NCBI GenBank assembly: GCA_002269645.1
Contig: NIVC01003992.1
Span: 1-64,000, forward strand
Reading direction: 5' to 3'
Length of the DNA: 64,000 bases
Origin: Macrostomum lignano
Taxonomy: Eukaryota
The notes beneath the pieces are model-generated. The model saw only the letters and a list, made by a program, of their open reading frames with translations, searched no databases and had not been told where the DNA came from. Shown piece by piece: positions 1 to 22,112 of the stretch. Within the stretch, counting starts at the first letter, position 1. Each line of letters begins with the position of its first letter. The translations under genes were made by a program, and so were the position numbers.

Positions 1-9907
<9,907 letters not shown>

Positions 9908-10777
9908 CTCATGCGGCTAAAATTGTAGTTTGTCTCTAATAATTAGTAGGGTGAATATGGCTGGCGGCTCCAAAATGAAACGATGAAGATAGCTATAAGG
10001 AGAGAGGAAAGGATGAAAAATGAAGGAGGACCAAGATGGTTGGGAAGGATTTTCTTTTGGCCTAAATAGTCGGAGGCTGGTTGGGGCTGCGGCTCGGGCA
10101 GATGGTGGGTGACAAAGCGTTCAAAGTCGGGCCATTGCTTGGCGCACACGCTGCGCACACTTGCCTCATCTGCCAGACCCCAGTGCCTTCCCTCATCCCC
10201 AATCCCATCGAGGCTCTCTCTACAGACAAAAGCAACAGGCCCATATAGGCTAAGGCTACAACCCCTTACCACGGACCTCGTTTCCTGCTAGCCCCTGTCC
10301 GCCTTGCCTGAATGCGCAGGAAGGTAACAGAGAAAAGACCGTTGTGGTTCGCCGACCCAGCCCTTCCCCAGGCCCCCACCGCCCATATTGCAGTCTAGTT
10401 CGGATCAATACTGCAGAAGGAAGAGGGTGCGTCAGATGCTGAAATCTGGTATGTACGTCTTGTGGCGTTCTACAAACCAGCGATCTGGAGAGGTAGTTCG
10501 ATTTTTTAATATATCATGAGCTGCGATATTATCAGGTTTCATGGGTTTGTCATAAAATGAAACAAATAGAAGTACATGTTTGTCTCTGTTTCCTTTTATT
10601 TTTTACTTTGGTTCGTCATCTTTATTGACTTTAATATTAGTCCCCGAACATCCAGACATTGCATTTAGAGCTCCATTCGATCGCCAACTCCGCAACGCTG
10701 CATTGATGCCCAGACAACGGATATTCCTGTTGGAAAGGGGCTGTACGCTTCACCAGCCGAACTTTAATAGCTAGATG

Positions 10778-12442
10778 TACATGTACAAACTTTTGTGCTC
10801 ATGATATACAAACTGGTGTTCATCTTTATGTCGTTTTTGTCTTGCTTTAAAAAACTACATTACATGTAGGACCCTGTAGAGATTGATAGTACGACTTAAT
10901 CTGTTAAAATCTTTAGCATGTTAAAGAGATGATGGTTGTGACAACCGGCAAGGCACACTGTAATGCAGCAAAATATATTTTGGACCTACATGTAGCAGTA
11001 TACGAGCTCATGCTATTTGGTCGCTGCAGTAGTTTCTTCTCGTTAGATTTAGCTAGTAGTAATAGCATATCTAGCTGCATGACAATTAAAGGCCTAATTG
11101 ACTCCTAATTTCTACTTTATGAGATATCAGACTTTCAGCATCAGCACTAATTTGATGGCACGTCCCCTATTACTGCCAGTAGAAATAGAAATTTCTTCTT
11201 CCCTTTTTATTATCGGATCTTTTCAATATATTTACCTTTCCTCTCTCCTATCTTCGCTTCTTCCTATCCTTTGTCTCCCCTACTAATTATCTTCGCTACT
11301 TTTATGTTTTTCTTCTTTTTCATCGGGATTGTATACCAGCATACTTTTTTCGGATCATGATCATATAAATCACCAGATTGTCAAGGTATTAGACGGACAC
11401 CTGGCATGCATGCCTGCGGGTATACAGGTTCCTGATGGTCTGGGAGAATTTCTCATTTTTTGTCAATCACATAAGAATTTGGCACGTGTGACGATATATT
11501 TTGACAGCTGTGACCTTCGCCCCTACACTAAAAGTACATGTATATTCGTTTTAATCCTACAATCATCTCGCGGATTTGGCAAAATCACCTCTCCTCTTCA
11601 TCCCCGATCTAATGCATATTTCATGTTAATTTTGGACTTGAAATTGCTAAAACTCATAAATAAATTTATATAAATAAAATTGGATGATTTATGGCCGCAC
11701 CTATATCGCTTTTTGAGGATTCCCCAGGGACCTGTAGGATCTCTCGGCTTTTCAGGTCGTGGTAGCTAAATGCTTCAGCCGATCAGAAAATTAGACAGGG
11801 CGTTTAAACAAATCGGCTCAGCCAATCAAATCGATGTGTTCTAATTGTAACAAATCCCAACCCAAGCTACGAGCATAATTGGTTCCAAACAGTATTCAGT
11901 CAACCAACCATTTTGAATCAGAATTCAAGTCAGTCATGTACTTTATTGCTAACTTAGGCATCAAAGCGGCTTATATATCTACATGTATGTAAGCTAGAAC
12001 CACCAGCTACATGTAAGGGTCTCAGAGCTAGGGCTAATATATTAGTTTTTACTCACATTTTATGGCCAGAATCAATCGCATGCATAGGAATTTGATAATG
12101 TAGTACATATATGTGTATATTTCCCGAACCTATAGTCTTGCAGCCTAGCAACAAGAAGAACCCCTCTGCAAAAATATGCTATCCAGTCCGAGTACCGTCC
12201 CTTTTTCGGCTGACTTCGAGATTCAACTAAAAGACACCAGTTGGCACATCAGTTCAGAGCCTCTCCTTGAGTCGTGGTAACCCGATTTGAGAGAGAGCCG
12301 AGCGGCAGGTTTGGTGAGCCAGTTTTTGCATGAGTTGGTGGCCAGCTGATTAGCTTAATCTACGGATTAGCTATTTTTGCCTTTAAAATTCTCCTGCTTG
12401 TCTCTCGCTGTATACTTTCTTAGGTAATAGGAGCTACATGTA
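10778..12442. promoter_or_regulatory. Divergent intergenic region with seven TACATGTA palindromes and a CCAAT box
   Basis: TACATGTA at 10778, 10861, 10987, 11535, 11980, 12008, 12435; AGCCAATCA at 11820. Lies between the 5' ends of laminin (-) and the bHLH gene (+). Regulatory function is inferred only. Confidence 0.35.
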
Positions 12443-14303
12443 GCTCATGTTCGGCACATCTAAATTATGATATATTCAGATTTGCATATGTGCAAGCCGC
12501 GCCTAAGACACATAAAAAGACAGTGGCCTTGTCCGATAAATCGTGATCAACTTGCTAACGACTCTTAATTTTATACTTTTTTATTTTTAACGCAAGTTAC
12601 TGCTTTACTATTAATTAAATTTTTTTAATAATTATCAAAGAAATTTTATTCTCAGAAGTTGCATTTTTTGTTTTGATTAAACTATAGATAAAATGTTTCA
12701 AAGTCAAAAACTTCCAATTGCAGGAATTCGTAAAAGCTGTGTGAGAGAGAGTATTGAGAATGCGAGCGACATTTTTGCATCACGTCACGTTTGACATGTA
12801 CAGTTTGTAACTTAGAGTGGGAGAACCACGTATATAAGTTCGTGTATTTTTCATAGGATCTATTTCACCTTTTTTGAAGGCCGTAGAGGTTGTCCTGTCC
12901 CAAGAGTAATTGTGGAATCGAAGCAGTGCATTATCTTAATCTTATCAATGCCGAAAATTAATAAAATCTGCTAAAGTTCCTTATTTTATTTTGCTTGCAA
13001 TTTACTATAGGCCCAGATAGGCTCTCTAGTAGGCCTACTAAAGATCTAGGCCTAATCCATTTTATATCATATTTATTTATTTGAATTTATTCAGATATAT
13101 CTCATGTGCCATCCCATCTGCCATGTCCATGGCGGCAAACTGTTATTGTTTAAGATCGAACTTTTTTCGAAATTTATGATGACTAAAACCTATATTAGTT
13201 CATATTGAAAACATTATATCATTTTTGGCAGTCTTTTAGTTTTGTCCATTTGATTATTTTTCAACTGGCAACTATTGTAGCTTTAATTTAATTAACATTT
13301 TAACAAATGTTGTAAACCTTTAAGTTAAAAGGCAAAACTTATTATATTATATTTATTATTTAACTTTTTTATTTTATTATATTATAAAATAATAAAAGAT
13401 AAAAGGCAGACTTTTATCTACTATAGACATAGTTGTAGACATGGATTTTATGCTTCTTAAACTATTATATAATTAACTTGACATTGGTAAAAGTTGGCAT
13501 GACTAAGCTTGGCACAAAATCAAATTAAAAATATCTATCTCGATTATTTATGCTTTTTACCTCATCACTAGCTTGATATATAACTTGGTATAAAATCAAA
13601 TTAAATGTTCAGAACTAGAAAATCATTCATTTTTATTGCCTTTTTCATAATGAAATTAATATTTTTTTATATTTAATCATTCGCAATATATTTGATACTT
13701 AGTGGGCTAATTTAGCAATTTAACTATTTGGCTATTGAAAAAAATAAACTTTGCAATCAGTCAATCTATAGTCCAGTTTGTTGTTTATATAAGTTCAAAC
13801 AAACTATTGTAATCATTTTTAGGTATAATTATAAGATTCTAGTTATATACAAGTAAAATAGTACCAATTTTGCATACAAGTAATAGCTTTATTTGTACTA
13901 GAAATTCATACATGCGCAACACTTGGCCGATCTAGCTGACTGGCAAGGGCCCAGCCATGATAAGTTGAAAAAATATACACCCAAAATAGATATAAAAACT
14001 AATTAGATGATGAGGCATTTAGCCTTGATAAAAGAGTTATAGTTACTCCTGCTGTTTACCCAAAAGTTTTTTAGGAAGTTGCAGGGCTGGTGTAATTCAG
14101 GGGGTTGCGCATGGATGTCTAGCATAGTAGTAAATGTTTTATGATGATATAATATCTAATTAGATAATGCAGCATATAATATAAAAGCTATATTTATAAA
14201 CAAGCAATCATATTTTCAATTTATTGCATGCAATATGGTTAATACTACAAGACACTGACAGCTGATTCCATTTTTTGAGAACTTCTTTGAGCTTGCACTT
14301 TTC

Positions 14304-17300
14304 ATGGACACTGGCAATGGAGAGGACAGCATGTCCTTTCTGCTTGATCTAATATCCTCAGACGCTGGCAATGTGCAGCAGCATCAGGATGAGCCAATGA
14401 TGGATGCAGCATCTGGCGCTGGTCATTTGCAGCAGCACCAAAGCACCGCGCTTGAAGACATTGAGCCGTCTTATGAGTTGTTCCAATTCCCCACTTCTGT
14501 AGCCAATGACAGCAATGGCACTGCTACTTCCGCTAGCATACTGTGGCAACAGCTCACCATGCCGCAACCGCAGGAGCCTTCACTGACATCTAACACCAGC
14601 AACTCGGCCTTCCAACAGTACCGCAGTCACTCCAGCTGCTCAAGCTACTCAAACTTCTCCAGCTCGGTGCCATCCGTAGCCTCAACTCCTTCGCTACTGA
14701 GCGGCTTCAGCACTCCGGCGCACCCGCGGGAATGGACAGCCCGCCCGACTGTCTATGGCGCCTCCTCCGCCGCCTTGCGCGCCGACGCCACAGCCGCCGC
14801 CGCCGTTCCAGTCGATCCTGACGAGCGCAGGCGGCGCTACGCTGACGTGAACAGTCTGTCCCGACAGGAGTTGTTCGACACACTCAATCGTCGCCTGAGG
14901 CGGGTTGGCAGTTCCAGCGGCGGTGGCTTCGGCGACGGCGTCTCGTCGCCTTCGGACACGTCGGAGTCGCCGCGATGGCAGCAGCAGCATCATCATCACA
15001 GCGGCGGCAGTGGCGGTGCAACATCGTCCAGCTCGTCAGCTGCCGGCTTCTCCGTTGGCGGCGCTGCCTCAGGCGCTGCGGCAGCCGTTTCCGTCGCCGA
15101 CAATCCCGACGTTGTTGACCTGTCCGCCGCTGTCGGCGTCGGCGTCCACCTGAAAGACGAGCCAGCGACGCCGCCCTCAACGCCGTCGCGGCTGCCGCGT
15201 CACCAGCGAGAGCCGCATAAAAAGGCTGAGAAGAAACGCGTTGAAAAAATTCGTCAGAGACTCGACCAGCTGCGTGAGCTGTGCGGCATCGGCGGCGGCG
15301 GCGGCGGGGGCGCAGCTGATCGGTCAGAAGCGAAACTGCTGACTCGAGTGCTGGGCTGCATTCGGGAGCTTCAGTTGGCTAACAGGCGATCCGCTGATGA
15401 AGCTAATGCGCTTCAGGTAACTGAACTCGTAATAACTTGAGTGCTCTCACTTTGAATATCTCTTACTTTGAGAGATTAGATTCCTACATTCATATCTTGT
15501 TACTGTTCAGTAGGCAGTCTGTTATAAAGTGTTTATCGACCTGAGTCATTGAACTCTGGGTGTGTTTTTCGGCGTGGCTCATTAAACTCGGAGTGTGTTT
15601 ATCTGCTTCACTCGTTAAACTCGGAGTGTGTTTATCGGCCTGACTCATTAAACTCTAAATGTGTGTTTATCGGCCTGACTCATTAAACTCGGAGTGTGTT
15701 TATCTGCTTGACTCGTTAAACTCGGAGTGTGTTTATCGGCCTGACTCATTAAACTCTAAATGTGTGTTTATCGGCCTGACTCATTAAACTCGGAGTGTGT
15801 TTATCTGCTTGACTCGTTAAACTCTGAGTGTGTTTATCGGCCTGACTCATTAAACTCTGAGTGTGTTTATCGGCCTGACTCATTAAACTCGGAGTGTGTT
15901 TATCGGATTTGCGCATCAAATTTGGAGTGTGTTTATCGGCCTCTGTCGTTAAACTCGGAGTGTGTTTATCTGCTCGACTCATTAAACTCAGAGTGTGTTT
16001 ATCGGCTTTCCGCATTTAACTTGGAGTGTGTTTATCTGCTTCACTCGTTAAACTCGGAGTGTGTTTAGCGACAATCAAATCTGTCTAATGCAGCATATCA
16101 AAATCTCTACAGCTTAATCCGCCCCTCCCCAGGCTCGTCTTTCGGAGCTCGAATCCGAGCAGAAGACCCTTCTCGAAGCCCTTGACGACGAGGCCGCTGC
16201 GGATCATAAAGTTGACGCGGATGGCGACTCCGCTATTGAAGACTTCAGCGGCGTCAAGTTTGAATCGGGCGATGAGGCTGGCACACCGTCCGAGGACTGC
16301 GAGATGACTTCGGAGACTACCATTACTCACGACTGCAGGTAATCTTGCGGATTGGGGTAACAGGTGTTCTAATGGCTTTTTCTTGAAACTTTTTAAAAGC
16401 CATTATTTCGCACTTGCCCTTTGACATCCTGTCCTCAAGTCCCTTTGACATCCTGTCCTCATGTCCCTTTGACATCCTGTCCTCAAGTCCCTTTGACATC
16501 CTGTCCTCAAGTCCCTTTGACATCCTGTCCTCATGTCCCTTTGACATCCTGTCCTCATGTCCCTTTGACATCCTGTCATCAAGTCCCTTTGACATCCTGT
16601 CCTCAAGTCCCTTTGACATCCTGTCCTCAAGTCCCTTTGACATCCTGTCCTCAAGTCCCTTTGACATCCTGTCATCAAGTCCCTTTGACATCCTGTCATC
16701 ATGTCCCTTTGACATCCTGTCCTCAAGTCCCTTTGACATCCTGTCCTCATGTCCCTTTGGCATCCTGTCCTCATGTCCCTTTGACATCCTGTCCTCAAGT
16801 CCCTTTGACATCCTGTCCTCAAGTCCCTGTGACATCCTGTCCTTTGGGTCCATTTTACTTAAACTTCCCTGAAAGTGTATTGTTTGAGGTCGAAGTGAAC
16901 CTAAAATTTATTTAAGATTTATTAAGTTTGTCGTAAAAATTGCACATCAGACAAGGTCTGCGCTTTCAAGTGGTTCTACAACAGCGACAGCATCAGCTTC
17001 TTTATCAAAAGCTTCATCAACAGTCTCAGTCTGAGTCGGACAGTCTTTCAGCTGGCCTTGAGGCTTACTCGCGCGACCGCCTGACCTCGGGTGACCCCGG
17101 CGCAGTGCTGTTTCACCGCCTAATCGGGGGTCTGCTTGTTGATAGTTTTCGTCGAGCAGTTTTAGGCGCAGACTGCAATGAAGCTAACGGTGCCGCGGTT
17201 GCTAATGGCAACGGCGGCGACGCCGGTTTAGACTCGGTAGAATTTCGAGAAAAATTTCAGCGCTGGCTGTCTACTCTGACCGCCAGTCGGCTCAGGCGGG

Positions 17301-17344
17301 ATCTTAACCAGCGGCTGAACGAGGTGGCTGCCGATTTTGTGTAG
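14304..17344 (+). CDS. Mlx/Mondo-like bHLH-leucine zipper transcription factor, 3 coding exons, about 570 aa
   Basis: Exons 14304-15416 (CAG|gtaact, phase 0), 16133-16338 (ccctccccag|GCT ... AG|gtaatc, phase 2), 16951-17344 (catcag|A ... TAG). bHLH: HKKAEKKRVEKIRQRLDQL-loop-SEAKLLTRVLGCIREL. Splicing to exon 2 gives a heptad zipper ALQARLSELESEQKTLLEAL. The C-terminal VLFHRLIGGLLVDSFRRAV...FREKFQRWL...LRRDLNQRL resembles the Mlx/Mondo DCD pattern. Family call is by eye. Confidence 0.78.
15530..16068. repeat. 33-bp minisatellite in bHLH intron 1
   Basis: Unit CTCATTAAACTCGGAGTGTGTTTATCGGCCTGA, about 16 diverged copies. Confidence 0.93.
16417..16845. repeat. 24-bp minisatellite in bHLH intron 2
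   Basis: Unit CCCTTTGACATCCTGTCCTCAAGT, about 18 copies. Confidence 0.96.
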
Positions 17345-17691
17345 GCTAGAGAGTTTATACTCTTTTTTTCTGCGCTTGTATCATACGAGAACTTTTTAAA
17401 AGAATCATTAAATAGCTACTATATAAGTAAGCTTTTTCGGTCATCACGAGCATTTTTTACATTGATTTGAAATTTTGTCATTATTTATCAATATAGCTTT
17501 ACTATACGCGTTACTTTTTTTTCGAAATCGTGTTTCTTGATATTGATTTTTTGGCTTTCATTTCATCAGTCATTCGTCATCTTTTCCTTTTCGAGTTCAA
17601 TAATGGGCATTAGTTCTGAAAAGTTCCGGCTTAAGATAATCATTCTTAATTCTATTTTCCAGGGGTTAGAAAAATAATTTAGAAAAACTTC

Positions 17692-17940
17692 CCAATCAAC
17701 TCCTTCCCCAATGTACACACTCCAATCAACCTTTTTCTCCAGAGTACATACCCCAATCAACTTCTTCCCCCAATGTACGCATCCCAATTAACTCCCCCCT
17801 AATGTACACACCCCAATCAACCCTTCCCTCAATGTTCGCTCTCCAATCAACTCCTTCCCCCAATGTACACACCCTAATCAACCCCCCAATGTACACACAC
17901 CCGATGAACCCCTTCCCCCATTATACGCACCCCAATCACA
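17692..17940. repeat. Degenerate ~30-bp minisatellite
   Basis: About 8 copies of CCAATCAACTCCTTCCCCAATGTACACAC-like units. Confidence 0.8.
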
Positions 17941-18438
17941 ATCAAACAATTTTTCTATTTCGCACTCAGAAGCCGAATTACGAATTAGCGAGATTTCCCA
18001 CAGGTTTTGTTTAATATAAACATTGTCTGTAGTACTTGTAAATAATACGAGCGTATCTATTTTCATAGTAACTATAGCAAGTCATTTGGACAGTTTTTGT
18101 TTGATTTTTAAATTAGCTTTGCAATCAAATTAAGGAAAAACTTTTATTTTTGAGTGAAAACTTTTCTTCATTAAGTTTTTGCAAAGTTTCTGCTGTTGGC
18201 TTCGGCTTCCTTGTTGTTTTTGTATTTTGTATTAACTAACTGCCTTCTTTCAAGCTTTTGATTATACAGCAAATTTATCCACGACTGAGTTGGCAAGTGT
18301 TGCTTGAGTCGGAGAGATAATACATTTATTTGCCTGACAACTTACACAAATAGAAACTATACTACACCTTACTATTGAGCCATTCTTGTTCTTGTTACAA
18401 TCTCAGTGCATGGTCGGTTCAGATCTTGAAAGCTGGGT

Positions 18439-19203
18439 CTGAAGATGAGCAATGAGTTCTGGATTGAGAATCGGAATCTCCCTTCTAAAGATGAGCATTG
18501 AGTTGTGGATTGAGAATCGGAATCTCCTAAAGATGAGCATTGAGTTGTGGATTGAGAATCGGAATCTCCTAAAGATGAGCATTGAGTTGTGGATTGAGAA
18601 TTGGAATCTCCTAAAGATGAGCATTGAGTTGTGGATTGAGAATCGGAATTTCCCTTCTAAAGATGAGCATTGAGTTGTGGATTGAGAATCGGAATTTCCC
18701 TTCTAAAGATGAGCATTGAGTTGTGGATTGAGAATCGGAATCTCCCTTCTAAAGATGAGCATTGAGTTGTGGATTGAGAATCGGAATCTCCCTTCTAAAG
18801 ATGAGCATTGAGTTCTGGATTGAGAATCGGAATCTCCCTTCTAAAGATGAGCAATGAGTTCTGGATTGAGAATCGGAATCTCCCTTCTAAAGATGAGCAT
18901 TGAGTTCTGGATTGAGAATTGGAATCTCCCTTCTAAAGATGAGCAATGAGTTCTGGATTGAGAATCGGAATCTCCCTTCTAAAGATGAGCATTGAGTTCT
19001 GGATTGAGAATTGGAATCTCCCTTCTAAAGATGAGTATTGAGTTGTGGATTGAGAATCGGAATCTCCCTTCTAAAGATGAGCATTGAGTTCTGGATTGAG
19101 AATCGGAATCTCCCTTCTAAAGATGAGCATTGAGTTCTGGATTGAGAATCGGAATCTCCTAAAGATGAGCACTGAGTTGTGGATTAAGAATCGGAATCTC
19201 CCT
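18439..19203. repeat. 46/42-bp minisatellite
   Basis: Unit CTAAAGATGAGCATTGAGTTCTGGATTGAGAATCGGAATCTCCCTT, with 42-bp variants. Confidence 0.96.
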
Positions 19204-20798
19204 TTTTATCAAAACTGCAGGAGTAATCTGATGAAATAGGGCTATTGTGTATTGTACGTTGATTGATATGCTATTTTCAATTGATAGAGAATAAATTTAG
19301 TATTGTGCGGGCTAGGAAAAAAGCGATTTGGTAACTCTCCGCTGGACGAATGCGTTCACGCACGCTGCTGCAAGTAGCTGACACTAACAAGTAGCGGTTC
19401 GACAGCGAAGAAAGATTTGATGGAGACTGGGCTAGGCTAAATTTGCAGCTATTTGGTCAGCGAAAGCATTCCAGCTATGCTGCCATCCATCTTCAGTGCA
19501 CGCCTGCTAGGCTTTAGGCACTTCGGCTGCTATGCCGGTCTGCATGGTCGGGGCGCACGACTTCGGGCCTGTAAGCTGCAGTCTAACTTGACCCCGGCTG
19601 ACCCACAAAGCCCAAGCCTTTCGCCGACTTTGGGCATAAACAGCTACTCCCCCCTTTCAAGCAGATGCGCAGTTTAGCGTCCGATTCCTTGCGCCGAATG
19701 CCGGATATAATACCTGGGGGAGGGGCCCATTACGCACCGGCTGGTGTAATTGTTGGCCTGCTTGGGGAAATAAGGAGAACGGAACAGCGGAAGAAAGAAC
19801 ATGACGAACCGTCGGCAACAAATTCGTCTCTGTACAGATTTTTTCTCGCACTTTCAAGTTTCCTCTGAAATTGCTGCAACGTTTTTTGCCTCTGGTCTGG
19901 CTCTTCCATATCTGAAAATTCTGACCAATTCTTTTAGTAAGCATTTTAATCTTAACGGTTTTACCCATTGGCAATTTAAGTTGAGGGTCGACCGCTACAC
20001 TTGCGAATCGTGAAACTTTGTTGTTTTTCGCTGCAAAATGCATTAGCAATATTCCTACTAATATGGGAAACCTTTAAGACCTTCAGCATGATGAGAAGCT
20101 TTAAAATAAGGAGTCATTCTGTTAGTGATTTTCATAAGACAGTCAAATATGCATACACAAACAAATAGCTTGATTGATTTTACGCAATTCAAACGAGAAA
20201 TCTTTAAGGTCTGTACTTACAGTTTGTTTTGGCCTTTATCGGGACTCTAAAATGATTTTATCAAACAGAATAAATCATAATAGTTGTTCTAGCCAAAGGC
20301 AACTCCTCCCTTTGAGGCTGCAATCTTCAGCGCAATCCTGTTTGTGGTAGGTCCTCAGCACAGGCGGGAGCAGAAAAAGGATAAACAAAAGAAACAAAAA
20401 CGACAGAGAGGCGATCTGCATGGGCTGGACGGGGAGAGAAATTCGATCCTGAAAAAAGAGGAAAATGCCCATTCCCGCTTCCCCTATCCGATGGCTTACG
20501 GTTGCAGAGCAATTATCTGTGGCCTTGACGCCACCAAGGCCTACAGAGTCCTGTCAGGAATTCCACCCTTGTTTAACACGTCATGATTGACGCTTTTGGA
20601 AAACCGTATTCCTAGCGACAGTACCTATACGTCTTAAGTGCACCTATGTTGCTGCGAAAGCACTAATTTTGCTTGTTAAGTACCAACCCCTGTAATGCTT
20701 GAAACCTTTTTACTCTAGAAAGTTTTAGGCGTTGTTTGCCCTTTAGCGGTGTTGTCTTTGTGGTCGTGGACAATAAACTTATGAACAGGTTTTAGCTA

Positions 20799-21110
20799 TA
20801 ATTAATAATAATAATTGATTACACCTGCCCTAATGGGCAGATGTGCAACGGACAGCTCAGCCGCAGCTATTGCGCGGCGCATCTGAAGGCTGCGTACGGC
20901 TGTTCAGCCCAAGGACTGGGGGGTCGCCACACACACCCTCAATTACCCCAGCTAATGCTGGCACCCACCCATTTTACAGCTGGGTGAACTGAAGCAATGC
21001 AGAGTTAAGTGGTCTTTCTCAAGGACACAAATTGTTCCGAGTGGGTCGAGAATCGAACCCCCGACCTTTCAGTCGTGAAGCCGACGCTCTAATCACTAGG
21101 CTACAACCCC
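20799..21110 (-). mobile_element. CORE-like tRNA-derived SINE (about 312 bp) with 9-bp TSD
   Basis: Head GGGGTTGTAGCCTAGTGATTAG...GAAAGGTCGGGGGTTCGATT (A and B boxes, tRNA-Val-like). Central TGTGTCCTTGAGAAAGACCACTTAACTCTG...CAGTTCACCCAGCTGTAAAATGGG resembles the MIR CORE domain. 3' hairpin CTGCCC-ATTA-GGGCAG (20825-20840), (ATT)n tail, and TSD TTTTAGCTA at 20790-20798 and 21111-21119. Confidence 0.88.
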
Positions 21111-22112
21111 TTTTAGCTAGCTCATATCCAACCTAGCATGCTAACTTCCGGCGGCCGGATGGCCAGCAACACTGACACACCATCAGTTCATGAACATGGG
21201 CCTGTTCTGCTAAAATTTCTGCCGAATTTGTCTATGACAAAATCTGAATCAGCGCTGTGCAGTATGACATAGTTTTCAAAATTTTTCCTCAACAAACTTG
21301 TGACTGCACCTTGAAGGAAACGCACACTTGCCTAACACGGAATTCAAATGTCCAGAAGTGGAGATAGTCAGAATTTGGCGCTCTATCTTAGGCTACAGCG
21401 GGAATAAAGTTTTAAATTTATAGCACAGTATTGCTTATCAACCACAGACACTTTTCTTTCATCTTTTCGGTAAGCACTAACAAGACTCTTGTATCAAACC
21501 TTTGGCCAAGCTCTTGATTCAATCCTGACTCCGTTGAATTAGTATTTTTTGGACCTGTCTGCTTGGTCTCATCAAAGCCTGTAATCAGAGCTGCACAGCT
21601 CAGGCCCCTATCTGCTGAGCTTCTACACTTCCTGTGAGACTGTCGAGACTGTCGACTCCATCAAAGGGAAGAAATTGCGTTGTGTAGAGGCAGTAGTGGC
21701 ATGGTAGCACACATGATGAAGTGGAGGCTTTGATCTTGTAGGCCTACTGGTTATGTATAAAAAGTCGCTTGATGAATACCTCAATAACCTTCACTATGCA
21801 TAGATGTGCTGCTTGTAATGTTCTCCGAGAGACGTACTGGTATGTCCTAGTGATGAGTCGAAAAAGTCAACCAATTAATCCTAATGACCATACATGTGAG
21901 CTTTTTACTACTTTCTAATCTAACTATTAATGCTTTTCCCAGCGAAGCAGATTCACAGTTAAAATTAATTTCAGAAGAATCTAGTATAAAACCGAATATT
22001 AATGTCGACGACGCGACCCTCTGTCGTCATCGCGCCCTGTCCCGTCCAAGCGACCTGTTGCGCCGGCGGGGACTCCAGCCGGCAGGTCACTTCATCCTGC
22101 TGCTGACGTGGC

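Noticed and set aside
16085-16330. Protein-like 81-aa ORF on the minus strand
   Set aside because: It is the antisense shadow of bHLH exon 2 (16133-16338, +), which has proper splice sites and completes the zipper.
16985-17344. Two-exon bHLH model joining 15416 directly to an acceptor at 16984
   Set aside because: It is in frame, but the three-exon model gives a better leucine zipper and phase-matched acceptors. It remains a possible minor isoform.
21035-21110. tRNA gene calls for the A/B-box sequences here and at 7030-7107 and 9610-9680
   Set aside because: Cloverleaf pairing is broken and each continues into a SINE body; two have tails and TSDs.
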